A stretch of DNA of 64,000 bases from an uncultured Candidatus Actinomarina sp. (GCA_902634185.1 CACPJC010000001.1:179857-243856), one strand, 5' to 3'; numbered from the stretch's first letter, positions 37,449 to 48,096 are shown. The notes: a model not told the origin generated them from the letters alone. Numbers and translations are program-made.

Positions 37449-38489
37449 TTAGTTACCATTTATGTAACTAAATCCAATGTTTTTTAGAAGCGTATCAAAA
37501 TATTCCCTAAGTTGTTGTGCTCTGTTCCTACCAATCCCGTCAACTTCAAATAGCTTATCAGTAGATGCTAATAATAAATTAGGTAATGATTTAAATTTTG
37601 ACACTAAAGAGTCATGTAAATTATCTGGAAGGCCAGGAAATCTTGCAAGAACCCTATATCCTTTAGGAGTCGATACTTGGTCTAAGGGTTGCATATACAA
37701 TAAATTCCCTAAAGTTTGTATTGAGTTTAGTTCTTCATAAGTTAAGTTAGAAATTTCATCAGCAGCTTTACTAATATTTCGAAATTTTCTAGTAGGTAAA
37801 TGATCTTTTAATACCAGGTCTAATGTTTGTCTAACACCTGACTCTAATGAATCTATCTGAATCATAACTAAGCCTGAATCCTCACCTAAGTTTTCAGCTT
37901 CATTTCTTACTTGTTCAGATAATCTACCTAATAATTCTCCCCTTTGAACAACTTCCAAAACCTGTTGGTTTGTAATAGAATTTTCAATTTCTAATTCACC
38001 CAGCTCAAATACAGCATCATCAAACCTTCTTCTTGTTCTATCAATAGATTGAAGAGACTCATTAACTCTTCCAAGAATCATTGATGACTCTTCTAATTCA
38101 TTGACTTCGTCTTTTGAAAATACTTTAACTATTCCTGATTCGTCAGAAACAGCAATTACATCTAGCTCTGTTTCAACTGATACTCTATGTGCTGTTCTGT
38201 GCCTGGTCCCAGTTTGAAAAGTTTCTATTGTATCTGATGGATTCAAATGAACATTTGCTTTTAAAATCTGATTTACATTTTCATCAACTACAATTGCTCC
38301 ATCCATTTTTGCAAGTTCGCCTAACATTTCTGGTGTAAAGTCACAATTAGTTAGATTGATACCTCCTGAAGAGATTCTTTCTAATTTTGTTGAGTTACCA
38401 ACAACAATCAATGCTCCTGTTTTTTTATCAGCAATTAAGTCAACGCCTTCTCTTAATGGTTCTCCCGGTATCAATTGATTATTTTTCAT
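37449..38489 (-). CDS. disA: DNA integrity scanning diadenylate cyclase DisA
   Basis: ELAKMDGA, GTRHRTA, C-terminal HhH VDGIG. Confidence 0.93.
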   Translation of the reverse strand: MKNNQLIPGEPLREGVDLIADKKTGALIVVGNSTKLERISSGGINLTNCDFTPEMLGELAKMDGAIVVDENVNQILKANVHLNPSDTIETFQTGTRHRTAHRVSVETELDVIAVSDESGIVKVFSKDEVNELEESSMILGRVNESLQSIDRTRRRFDDAVFELGELEIENSITNQQVLEVVQRGELLGRLSEQVRNEAENLGEDSGLVMIQIDSLESGVRQTLDLVLKDHLPTRKFRNISKAADEISNLTYEELNSIQTLGNLLYMQPLDQVSTPKGYRVLARFPGLPDNLHDSLVSKFKSLPNLLLASTDKLFEVDGIGRNRAQQLREYFDTLLKNIGFSYINGN

Positions 38490-38569
38490 ATTTGCTCGTT
38501 TTATTATTTGAGTATTTTATTTATTCGAATGTTACTGTATTATTTTATTATTAATCAACAGGAAAAATA

Positions 38570-39388
38570 TTGGAAAAAATTACTTGTAAAGGCTGTCAAG
38601 CAACTATTGATAATACTCTAGAATTTTGCTCAAGCTGTGGAGAGTGGCTTGGATTAAAATTAGATGAGGTTGTTGATGAAGTTGCTGTAGAAAATACTTC
38701 AGAAGCAAAAAAACAAAGAATTGAAAAGCTTATGGAGCTACCTGTTAAGCCATTAAGTAGTTATGGCGCAACTAGTCTTCCAAATAGAAAAGAAGTACCA
38801 GGAATAAGAGCAGTTTTCTTTTTAGCATTAATTGTTCCCTTGATTGCAGGCGCAAGTTTTTTTTACAACAGTAGAGTAGCGGATGACGTTATTGAAGAGA
38901 TAGCTGTTATAGAACAAACAACAATTACATCGACAAGTACCACCGTTCAAAGTAATTTAAAACCCCAAGTGCCTATATCCTGCAAAGCTTCAAGTAACTT
39001 TAATGAAGATTTTTCATGTGAAAATTTATATGATGAGTCAAACTCTATGTGGCAGGATAACAGCCTTGGTTGTGAAGATACCGTTCTTGAGTTCACGTTT
39101 TCTGACACTATATATTTTGAATTTATAGTGATTCAAAATGCTGAGAAAAGCTCATCATTCATTAGGAATTTTAAAGCCAGAGATATAAGAATTACAACGG
39201 ATGAAAGTGATTATCAGGTTGAAAAAGAACTCGAAAATGACAATTTTCAACAATGGATTGACCTAAACACTAATGCCAACACTATAAAAATAGAAGTTTT
39301 AAGTGCTTATTCAGGTGAGGAATTAAATGGGCAAAATCCATTTACAGAATGTGCCATGCAGGAAATTAAATTTTTTGGAAAGAGCTAA
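38570..39388 (+). CDS. Zinc-ribbon + TM + extracellular discoidin-like domain protein
   Basis: CKGC...CSSCG, one TM, Thr/Ser linker, beta-sandwich-type C-terminus ending EIKFFG. Confidence 0.6.
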   Translation: MEKITCKGCQATIDNTLEFCSSCGEWLGLKLDEVVDEVAVENTSEAKKQRIEKLMELPVKPLSSYGATSLPNRKEVPGIRAVFFLALIVPLIAGASFFYNSRVADDVIEEIAVIEQTTITSTSTTVQSNLKPQVPISCKASSNFNEDFSCENLYDESNSMWQDNSLGCEDTVLEFTFSDTIYFEFIVIQNAEKSSSFIRNFKARDIRITTDESDYQVEKELENDNFQQWIDLNTNANTIKIEVLSAYSGEELNGQNPFTECAMQEIKFFGKS

Positions 39389-40629
39389 CTTAACTCACCT
39401 TTTTTATAAGGTTTTCCGACACTTTTTGGCATCCTAAACTTCTGGCTAGCAAAAGATAACACTATGAGTGTTGTTAGGTGAGGAGTAAAATATACAAACT
39501 GAATTGGAATAGTTGTTGAATTATTGAACCAAACAAAAAAGGCGAGACCAACTAAACCAGATAAAACACCAGATCTAATATTTCTTTGATAAATATTTCT
39601 TGCAGTCAAAATAAACATGAATAAAAATATTACAATCAATAATCCATGTATGGATTCTTCAGATCTAAGTTGAAGTGCATCAGCAAAGCCAAATAAACCA
39701 GCTCCAAGAAATATTCCAAATGGTCTGTAGTTACCAAAAAGAAGAGAAGCTAATCCAATAAAGCCTCTACCATTTGTTTGCCCTTCTAGATAAACACTTG
39801 GCCCTTCAAGTACCAAATAAGCTCCTGCCAATCCTGCTAATGCTCCAGAAATAATTACACCTGTGTATTTCATGAGGTAAACGTTTACTCCAAGTGACTC
39901 ACTTCCAGAAGGAAACTCGCCTACACTTCTCATTTGTAGTCCTAGCGGTGTTCTCCAAAGCAAGTAAATTGACCCTGGAATCATCAACAAAGATATTATT
40001 GAAAAATAAGAAATATTTGATGTAACACCATATAATAAGCCAGCAATATCAGATAACAAGATTATATTTTGTTCTTCAAGAGATCCCAAAATATTAAAAG
40101 TAGGTGATCCATTTATTTCTCCACCTGAAATAAATGGTAAAGTTATTCTTCCAATTTCCCCCTCAACTATTGGAGATGCTGTTGAGCTTGCATACTCATA
40201 ATCATCAAAAGCTAGGATATTAAAGAATCTACCTGCTCCTACTGCAAGAATATTTATTGCAACTCCAGAAACAATGTGGTCTACTTGAAATGAAACTGTT
40301 GCGACTGCATGTATCAATCCAAACAAGGCTCCCCCAGCTAACCCAAATAAAATACCGTACCAAGGCCCGTATAAAACGCCTCCCCAGGCTGTAAACCATG
40401 TTCCCATAATCATCATTCCCTCCAGGCCAATGTTTACAATTCCTGTTCTCTCTGAAAATAGCCCTCCTAAACCAGCAAGCAGTATGGGAATCGAAAGCCT
40501 GAGAGCTGCACCAAATGTTCCACTTGTTGTTAATTGTGAATATTGTTCAAGTTGCGCAATAGAAATTATTAATAATATTGGAGTTATTACAAGATACTTT
40601 TCTCTTAAAAAAATTGTAAGTTTATTCAT
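39385..40629 (-). CDS. Nucleoside/BMP-type ABC permease
   Basis: SERTGIVNIGLEG, GRGFIGLA. Confidence 0.88.
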   Translation of the reverse strand: MNKLTIFLREKYLVITPILLIISIAQLEQYSQLTTSGTFGAALRLSIPILLAGLGGLFSERTGIVNIGLEGMMIMGTWFTAWGGVLYGPWYGILFGLAGGALFGLIHAVATVSFQVDHIVSGVAINILAVGAGRFFNILAFDDYEYASSTASPIVEGEIGRITLPFISGGEINGSPTFNILGSLEEQNIILLSDIAGLLYGVTSNISYFSIISLLMIPGSIYLLWRTPLGLQMRSVGEFPSGSESLGVNVYLMKYTGVIISGALAGLAGAYLVLEGPSVYLEGQTNGRGFIGLASLLFGNYRPFGIFLGAGLFGFADALQLRSEESIHGLLIVIFLFMFILTARNIYQRNIRSGVLSGLVGLAFFVWFNNSTTIPIQFVYFTPHLTTLIVLSFASQKFRMPKSVGKPYKKGELS

Positions 40630-40631
40630 AA

Positions 40632-41711
40632 TTAGTCATCAACCTGTCTAGATGCTTCTTTAATTTGTTGTGTGACAATATATCTTCTTATTACTTCATA
40701 AAAAACTACAACAATTAATAAAATAAATGCTGACATCATTGTTTCAATTTCTTTTGGAACATCTCTAAGATCAAGAATTTGTGAGGACCTTTCAAGAAAT
40801 GCAAATAAAATAGCGCCAAAAGCCATGCCAACAGGATGATTTCTTCCAAGCAAAGCAACCCCAATACCAGCAAACCCGATTCCTGCTGGAAAATCGATTG
40901 AATATTGATGATGGTAACTTAATAATGGACCCATTCCAACTAATCCAGCAAAACCTCCTGAAATAACCATTGCAAGCATGGTCAATCTCTTTGGATCAAC
41001 TCCACTAAATTTTGCTGCCGTGGGATTTTGACCAGTTATTCTAAGGTTGTAACCAAGAGTAGTTTTCCAAATTAAAAAGTAATAGATTAACCCTAAAAAT
41101 ATCGCAATTGGTAAGAAACCGTGCAAACTAGGTAAGTCTTCAATATTTAGTAAATTATTCAAAGAAGGTATTTGACCGGTTTCAGGTAATGGAGTAGTTT
41201 GTGGAATTAGATTAGCAGCATCTTCATCATTAAAGACCTGTCCAAGAAGATATGCTATTATTCCTGTGCCAATATAGTTCAACATGATTGTTGAAATAAC
41301 TTCATGGATTCCTCTACTTACTTTAAGATATCCGGCTATCGCTCCCCAAACAGATGATATTGCAGTTGCAATTAACATTATTAATAAAATATGTAATGGT
41401 CTTGAAACGCTGAACGACGCACCGATAGCAGCAGCGAGTAATGCACTCAATAAATATTGACCTTCAACACCAATATTAAAAAGGCCCATTTTAAAACCTA
41501 CTGCGACTGCTATTGCAGAAATATACAAAGGAATAAATCTATTAAAAACAGATACCAGAGACTTTCCAGTAGTTCCATAATCATACATTAAGACAAATGT
41601 CTCAATAGGGTCTTTTCCAATTGCAGTTAAAATCAAAGATGTTAATAAAACTGATAACGATAGAGCCAAAATTGGAGCTGATAAACTAATTAATCTATAT
41701 CTTAAATTCAT
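40632..41711 (-). CDS. Nucleoside/BMP-type ABC permease
   Basis: FNIGVEGQ, EVISTIMLNY, ALLGRNHP. Confidence 0.88.
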   Translation of the reverse strand: MNLRYRLISLSAPILALSLSVLLTSLILTAIGKDPIETFVLMYDYGTTGKSLVSVFNRFIPLYISAIAVAVGFKMGLFNIGVEGQYLLSALLAAAIGASFSVSRPLHILLIMLIATAISSVWGAIAGYLKVSRGIHEVISTIMLNYIGTGIIAYLLGQVFNDEDAANLIPQTTPLPETGQIPSLNNLLNIEDLPSLHGFLPIAIFLGLIYYFLIWKTTLGYNLRITGQNPTAAKFSGVDPKRLTMLAMVISGGFAGLVGMGPLLSYHHQYSIDFPAGIGFAGIGVALLGRNHPVGMAFGAILFAFLERSSQILDLRDVPKEIETMMSAFILLIVVVFYEVIRRYIVTQQIKEASRQVDD

Positions 41712-43219
41712 TGTTTTAAACCTGTCATATAAGCACCTAGATCCTCTGGTGTTATATTTTGAGGATCTAAATTAGCTACAAATTTTCCCTGATAAATTAC
41801 GATTATGCGATCAGATAATCCAATTAATTCTTCTAAATCAGCAGAGACTAGGAGTACTCCTAAGCCATTATCTCTAGTTTCTCTGAGTTTATCCCAAATT
41901 AGAGCTTGGGCGCCGATATCAATTCCTCTCGTTGGTTGTGATGCAATTAATACTTTTGGATTATCATCTAATTCCCTACCAACTACAAATTTTTGCTGAT
42001 TACCTCCTGATAATGCTGTTGCAATAGTTGTTTCATTTGGAGTTTTAACGTTAAAATCGGAAATTACTTGTCTTGAGATCTCACCAGCATTTTTAAAATT
42101 TACAGTAGAGAGGTTTGTTTTATATATGTCTTTTGTTTGACGACCTAGAATAATATTGTCATTTAGTTTCATTTCCATTACTAGGGCCTGAGCTTGCCTG
42201 TCCTCAGGAATGAAGCTTATACCTAAATCAAGTCTGTCTTTTACTCCATAATCATTTAAATTTTGATTTTCCAGGTATACTTCGCCGTCCTCTATTGTAT
42301 GGATTCCAATTATCGATTCGATTAATTCTTTTTGACCGTTTCCTTCTACACCAGCTATTCCCAAAATCTCAGATTTTTTAATTTCAAAAGAGATATCTTC
42401 AAAGACTCTCTTTCCCTCCTCATTTCTAGAATTTAAATTTTCTACCTTTAAAACATTATCTTGACTACTTTCAGAAGTTCTTTCAGGAGGTTTTGGTAAA
42501 CTTTTTCCTATCATCATTTCAGCAAGATCTTTCTTGTCTATACCTACGGAATCAACAGTGCCAACAATTTCTCCACCTCTCATTACAGTTATTTGATCTG
42601 CAATTTTCAATACTTCATCTAATTTATGTGAAATAAAGATTATTGTGACTCCATTTTTTTGCAATTCTTTAAGATTTTTAAATAATTCATCTACTTCTTG
42701 GGGAACTAAAACTGCTGTCGGTTCGTCAAGAATAAGTATTTTTGCTCCTCTGAATAATACCTTTAAAATTTCTACTCTTTGTTTCTCACCCACACCTAGA
42801 TCGTCAACAAATCTGTCCAGCTCTACATTCAATGAATATCTGCTCATGACCTCATAAATTGACTCTCTGTATTTTTCAAGTTTTAGATTTGTAATACCTG
42901 CACCATCTATGCCCAAAATGATACTTTCAAGTACTGTAAAATTGTCAGCTAGCATAAAGTGCTGATGAACCATTCCGAGACCATAATTAATAGCATCTTT
43001 TGGGGAACTTAGAGAAATCTTTTCGTCGAAGACATATATTTCTCCAAAATCAGGTTTTACCATACCGTAAAGTATCTTCATTAATGTAGATTTTCCAGCT
43101 CCATTTTCACCAACAATGGCATGTATTGAAGCATTGTCAATGTCAAACGATACGTTAGAGTTAGCTTTAACTCCTGGATAACTTTTCGATATATCCTGAA
43201 TTTTTATTGATTTACTCAT
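41708..43219 (-). CDS. Nucleoside ABC ATPase (two ABC domains)
   Basis: GENGAGKST, MVHQHF, LSGGNQQK, QPTRGIDIGA. Confidence 0.9.
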   Translation of the reverse strand: MSKSIKIQDISKSYPGVKANSNVSFDIDNASIHAIVGENGAGKSTLMKILYGMVKPDFGEIYVFDEKISLSSPKDAINYGLGMVHQHFMLADNFTVLESIILGIDGAGITNLKLEKYRESIYEVMSRYSLNVELDRFVDDLGVGEKQRVEILKVLFRGAKILILDEPTAVLVPQEVDELFKNLKELQKNGVTIIFISHKLDEVLKIADQITVMRGGEIVGTVDSVGIDKKDLAEMMIGKSLPKPPERTSESSQDNVLKVENLNSRNEEGKRVFEDISFEIKKSEILGIAGVEGNGQKELIESIIGIHTIEDGEVYLENQNLNDYGVKDRLDLGISFIPEDRQAQALVMEMKLNDNIILGRQTKDIYKTNLSTVNFKNAGEISRQVISDFNVKTPNETTIATALSGGNQQKFVVGRELDDNPKVLIASQPTRGIDIGAQALIWDKLRETRDNGLGVLLVSADLEELIGLSDRIIVIYQGKFVANLDPQNITPEDLGAYMTGLKQ

Positions 43220-43235
43220 GAAATTGTTTTAAATG

Positions 43236-43270
43236 TTTATTCGTTCCAAGTAAAACTTGGAACGAATAAA
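43236..43270. other. 16-bp perfect stem-loop between the BMP SBP and ATPase genes
   Basis: TTTATTCGTTCCAAGT-AAA-ACTTGGAACGAATAAA. Confidence 0.75.
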
Positions 43271-43286
43271 ACAAATTTATTGATTA

Positions 43287-44426
43287 TTAGGGACGTTCTC
43301 TTGAAACTGTAACTGCTCCACTAATAATATCTGCTCTTGCAGCTTCAATAGAATCTTTTATATCATCGATGTAACCACCGGTATATGAAATATCTATTCC
43401 ACCACTAGCAAGGTTTTCTCTAATAACGGCTGGTCCGCCATCAGAACCACTTCCAAAATCACCGTTTACAACATCTCTGATTGCGTTATAAACTGCAACA
43501 TCAACCTGCTTTAACATTGATGATAGGAAGTATTCTTGTGTTTCTGGGAATGCTGAACCAATCGTTGTAATTTGATCAGTGTCAACACCGATACACCAGA
43601 CTTTTTCACCACCAGCTGATGCTTCTGCGGTTGCTTGACAAACACCAATACCAGTACCGCCAGCGGCGTGGTAAACAATGTCAGCTCCCTCTTCATACAT
43701 AGCTAATGCGATTTCTTTTCCTTTGACAGGATCGTTGAAACCTGAAAAGTCAGGAGGTACAGATGCATATTTAGAGATAATTGTGATATCTGGATTGACT
43801 GATCTCACACCTTGTATGAATCCAGCTTCGAAAGCATGGATTAATGGTATATCAACTCCACCAACAAAACCAACTACATTAGATGTTGTTTTGAGAGCGG
43901 CTGCTACACCAACAAGATATGAACCTTGTTCCTCAGCAAAAACCATTGATCTAATGTTTTCACCTTGTACAAATGTTTCATCTGTAATAGCGAAATTTAC
44001 ATCAGGGTGATTTGCTGCAGCTTCAGTAATTGCTCCTGCAAAAAGGAAACCATTACCGATTACAAGATCGTTACCATCGGCAGCACAAAGATCTAATAAT
44101 TCACCTCTGTTTTCGCCACCTTCATCTGGCTCTAAGAAGGTACCTTCGACATTAAAATCTGCTAATGCTTTGTTGTATCCATCGTAAGCCATGTCATTAA
44201 ATCCTTGGTCACCTAGACCTCCGATATCTAACACTAAACATACCTTTGCGGCTGGTTCTTCTGGTTCAGCTGCTGCTGCCGTTGTAGCAGGAGCATCAAG
44301 CGTTTCAGCCGGCTCTTCTTCTACAACAACTTCTTCAGCTGCGTCATCTGAACTTCCCCCACAAGCAGTTAATATAAGGCCAAATACTATAAAAAGTACA
44401 AGCCATTTTGACTTCATTCGAGTCAC
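43287..44426 (-). CDS. BMP-family (PnrA/NupN-like) nucleoside-binding lipoprotein
   Basis: Lipobox LTAC, GGLGDQGFN, FAEEQGSYLVG, HAAGGTG, IGVDTDQ; SD AAGGAG. Confidence 0.9.
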   Translation of the reverse strand: MTRMKSKWLVLFIVFGLILTACGGSSDDAAEEVVVEEEPAETLDAPATTAAAAEPEEPAAKVCLVLDIGGLGDQGFNDMAYDGYNKALADFNVEGTFLEPDEGGENRGELLDLCAADGNDLVIGNGFLFAGAITEAAANHPDVNFAITDETFVQGENIRSMVFAEEQGSYLVGVAAALKTTSNVVGFVGGVDIPLIHAFEAGFIQGVRSVNPDITIISKYASVPPDFSGFNDPVKGKEIALAMYEEGADIVYHAAGGTGIGVCQATAEASAGGEKVWCIGVDTDQITTIGSAFPETQEYFLSSMLKQVDVAVYNAIRDVVNGDFGSGSDGGPAVIRENLASGGIDISYTGGYIDDIKDSIEAARADIISGAVTVSRERP

Positions 44427-44557
44427 GTTTACTCCTTGTCCAACTAGTTGTAGGTATAAAAATACCTTTAAAACCCCGTTGGAATTTATAGTAGCAATTT
44501 TTAATTAATTATCTTTTGATACTTGTATATTTTTTATATTGGTTTGACAGATTTTAT

Positions 44558-47038
44558 TTAAGAATCTGAATCTGCGAAGTCAACTTCAGGTTCGTTCGGA
44601 GCTTCTACTGACTCAAACTCAAGTGATCCATCCTCTTCGTTTAAAGAGACGATGATTGTTGATCCAGCCTTATACTTACCTTGAAGTAGTTCTTCAGATA
44701 ATGGATCTTCTAGAAGTCTCTGTATAGATCTTCTTAATGGTCGAGCTCCAAATTCTTTATTATATCCTTCAGTAGCTAGGTACTGTTTCGCCTCATCAGA
44801 CAAAACTATTTCTAAATCTGAATTTTTAAGTTGTTTGTGAACCCTATCAAGCATTAAATCAACAATTTCTTTTACTTCATCAAGTGTTAATTCATGGAAA
44901 ACAATAGTTTCATCAATACGATTTAAAAATTCTGGCTTGAAGTAACGCTTTAGCTCTTCATTAACTTTAGATTTCATTTTTTCGTATGAATCTAAGTCAG
45001 TCAAATTACTAAACCCAATGTTTTTTGAGAGATCTTTAGTACCAAGGTTGCTAGTCATAATTATCACAGTATTTTTAAAGTCAACTGTTCTACCCTGTGC
45101 ATCCGTAAGCCTTCCATCTTCAAGAATCTGTAAAAGAGTATTAAATACATCTGGATGTGCTTTTTCCACCTCATCTAAGAGGACAACACTGAATGGTTTT
45201 CTTCTAACTGCTTCGGTTAATTGTCCACCCTCATCATAACCAACATAACCTGGGGGAGAACCAATCAACCTACTTACAGTGTGCTTCTCCATATATTCTG
45301 ACATATCGATTTGAATTAATGAATCTTCGTCTCCAAATAAGAACTCAGCTAGTGCTTTAGCAGTTTCAGTCTTTCCAACACCAGATGGTCCAAGGAAAAT
45401 AAATGAACCTGAAGGTCTTTTCGGATCTTTTAAGCCTGATCTTGTTCTACGAATGGCTTTTGAAACAGCTGTAATTGCTTCATTTTGTCCAACAATTCTC
45501 TTATGGAGTTCATTTTCCATTTCCAGTAATCTTGCAGTTTCTTCCTGCGTTAACCTATGTACTGGAATGCCTGTCCATTGTGCTAAAACTTCTGCTATTT
45601 CTTCTTCATCAATAACCATCTCAATATCTGAGGAGCTACTTCCTTCAATAGAATCAACTTCATCAAGTAAAACTTTTTCTTGGTCCCTTATTTGAGCTGC
45701 TTTTTCAAATAATTGTGATTGGACAGCGTCAATCTTTTGTTCTCTTAGGTTCTTAAGTTTGTCAGATAATTCTTGTTTGTCAGCATCTAAAGGTTTTTTA
45801 TAGACTCTCATACGGCTGCCTGCTTCATCAATTAAATCGATAGCTTTATCTGGTAAGAATCGATCTGATATGTATCTGTCTGCCATATTAACTGCTGAGG
45901 CAATTGCTTGATCGGTAAATCTAACACCATGGTGAATTTCATATCGATCTTTTAACCCATCAAGTATCTCAATTGCATCTGAAAGATTTGGCTCATCAAC
46001 TTTTACTGATTGAAATCTTCTTTCTAATGCTGCATCTTTCTCAAAATGCTTCCTAAATTCTTCTAATGTTGTAGCCCCTACAGTTTGTAACTCACCTCTG
46101 GCAAGCATTGGTTTTAATATTGATGCAGCATCAATGGCCCCTTCAGCAGCTCCAGCACCAACTAGTGTATGAATTTCATCGATGAATAATACGATGTCGC
46201 CTCTTGTTTTTATTTCTTTCAAAACCTTTTTAAGTCTTTCCTCAAAGTCTCCACGATATCTTGAGCCCGCAACCAAAGCTGATAAATCTAGTGTGTAAAT
46301 TTGTTTACCTTGTAATGTAGATGGCACGTCTCCTGAAACAATTTTCTGTGCTAGTCCTTCTACAATTGCTGTTTTTCCAACGCCTGGTTCACCGATTAAA
46401 ACAGGATTATTTTTGGTTCTTCTTGAGAGAATTTGCATCACTCTTTCAATCTCAGTTGTTCTTCCAATAACAGGATCTAACTTTCCTTCTTTACCCATTC
46501 TTGTAAGATTTCTTCCAAATTGATCAAGTATTGCTGAACCAGTCCCTGATCCCGGTCTTTCTCTTCCACCTGTTGAAGCTGCTTGAGCTTTTTTGCCTTC
46601 ACCCGAATTTGAAATAAGTTTTATAACAGTCTGTCTAACTTGTGATAGTTCAGCTCCAAGTTTTTTCAGCACCTGAGCTGCGACACCTTCTCCCTCTCTA
46701 ATTAAACCAAGTAAAATGTGTTCTGTTCCGATGTAGTTGTGACCAAGCTGTAATGCTTCTCTGAGGGATAATTCTAAAACTTTTTTTGCTCTTGGTGTAA
46801 AAGGTATGTGACCACTTGGTGATTGTTGGCCTTCTCCTATAATTTCAACAACTTCAGATCTTACGCTGTCAATGCTTATATTGAGTTCTTCAATTGCTTT
46901 AGCAGCATGACCTTCACCTTCTTGTATTAAACCAAGTAAGATGTGCTCTGTGCCAATATAATTATGGTTAAGTCTTCTTGCTTCTTCTTGTGCAAGAACG
47001 ACAACTCTTCTTGCTCTATCTGTAAACCTCTCAAACAT
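44558..47038 (-). CDS. clpC: ATP-dependent Clp protease ATPase ClpC
   Basis: [21 protein letters not shown], two AAA+ modules, UVR-type middle domain. Confidence 0.97.
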   Translation of the reverse strand: MFERFTDRARRVVVLAQEEARRLNHNYIGTEHILLGLIQEGEGHAAKAIEELNISIDSVRSEVVEIIGEGQQSPSGHIPFTPRAKKVLELSLREALQLGHNYIGTEHILLGLIREGEGVAAQVLKKLGAELSQVRQTVIKLISNSGEGKKAQAASTGGRERPGSGTGSAILDQFGRNLTRMGKEGKLDPVIGRTTEIERVMQILSRRTKNNPVLIGEPGVGKTAIVEGLAQKIVSGDVPSTLQGKQIYTLDLSALVAGSRYRGDFEERLKKVLKEIKTRGDIVLFIDEIHTLVGAGAAEGAIDAASILKPMLARGELQTVGATTLEEFRKHFEKDAALERRFQSVKVDEPNLSDAIEILDGLKDRYEIHHGVRFTDQAIASAVNMADRYISDRFLPDKAIDLIDEAGSRMRVYKKPLDADKQELSDKLKNLREQKIDAVQSQLFEKAAQIRDQEKVLLDEVDSIEGSSSSDIEMVIDEEEIAEVLAQWTGIPVHRLTQEETARLLEMENELHKRIVGQNEAITAVSKAIRRTRSGLKDPKRPSGSFIFLGPSGVGKTETAKALAEFLFGDEDSLIQIDMSEYMEKHTVSRLIGSPPGYVGYDEGGQLTEAVRRKPFSVVLLDEVEKAHPDVFNTLLQILEDGRLTDAQGRTVDFKNTVIIMTSNLGTKDLSKNIGFSNLTDLDSYEKMKSKVNEELKRYFKPEFLNRIDETIVFHELTLDEVKEIVDLMLDRVHKQLKNSDLEIVLSDEAKQYLATEGYNKEFGARPLRRSIQRLLEDPLSEELLQGKYKAGSTIIVSLNEEDGSLEFESVEAPNEPEVDFADSDS

Positions 47039-47118
47039 ATATTTATATTAATAAGGCTCTGTTTATACCTCTAAACGAAAATTACAACTATTTGTGAAAT
47101 CCTCTTATTCTTGAACTT

Positions 47119-48096
47119 ATGGAATCAAAAGAGCTAAAAAACATAATTCCTATTCAAAGTATTTGGGAAGATCTTAACTTATTAGAGGACAGACTTATAG
47201 AAATCAGTAGTTCTCATGATCCATATCTCACAGAGATATCACAATACTTAATATCAGCTGGTGGGAAAAGATTTAGACCATTGATTGCTCTACTGGCAGG
47301 AAAATTAGGCGAAGGAGATAATAAAAAAGTAATTGATGCTGGTGTTTCAGTCGAGTTAATACATCTTGGAAGCCTATATCACGATGATGTAATTGACGAT
47401 GCTACAACGAGAAGAGGGGTAATAAGTACAAATAAACAATGGAACTCAACTCTAGCAATTTTGGCAGGAGATTATCTTCTAGCAAGGTCCTCTGAGTTGG
47501 CAGCTGAGTCATTAGGACTTGAATCTGTAAAGCTATTAGCTTCTACATATGCCCAACTTGTTGAAGGCCAAACTAAAGAAGTTCAATTTTCATATGATAC
47601 AAATCATAGAACTGAAGATTACATGAAAATAATTGAGGGGAAAACGGCAAGCTTAATAAAGACAAGTGCAAAGTTAGGAGCAATGGCTTCAGAAAGTAAT
47701 CAAGAGTCTGTGAATTTTATAAGTGAATGGGCTTGGCATAATGGAATTATTTTTCAGATTACAGATGATATATTAGATTTGAGTTCTGACGAACAAACTT
47801 TAGGTAAGCCTTCAGGTAACGACATTCTTGAGGGTACTTACACATTGCCAGTTTTAATTGCTTTAAAGAAACAGCCGGAAAAAATTAAAAAAATATTATC
47901 AGATGTCTCTGATGAAAAAGTAATTTTAAAAGAAGTAATTTCTGAATTCAATAATGACGAGATTATCTCAGAATCAAAATTGTTTCTCAAAACACATATT
48001 GAAAAAAGTGAAAATGCTGCAATGAAAATTGAGAACAAAGATATTCGAAATATACTTTTAGATTTAAACAGATACCTTATAGAGAGAAGTAATTAA
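47119..48096 (+). CDS. Long-chain trans-polyprenyl diphosphate synthase (HepT/GrcC-like)
   Basis: GGKRFRP, HDDVIDD, TDDILD, GKPSGND. Confidence 0.9.
   Translation: MESKELKNIIPIQSIWEDLNLLEDRLIEISSSHDPYLTEISQYLISAGGKRFRPLIALLAGKLGEGDNKKVIDAGVSVELIHLGSLYHDDVIDDATTRRGVISTNKQWNSTLAILAGDYLLARSSELAAESLGLESVKLLASTYAQLVEGQTKEVQFSYDTNHRTEDYMKIIEGKTASLIKTSAKLGAMASESNQESVNFISEWAWHNGIIFQITDDILDLSSDEQTLGKPSGNDILEGTYTLPVLIALKKQPEKIKKILSDVSDEKVILKEVISEFNNDEIISESKLFLKTHIEKSENAAMKIENKDIRNILLDLNRYLIERSN

Noticed and set aside
47092-47109. Rex-like half sites TTGTGAA upstream of the prenyl synthase and TTGTGCA upstream of rex (about 25189)
   Set aside because: The second half of the palindrome is missing in both
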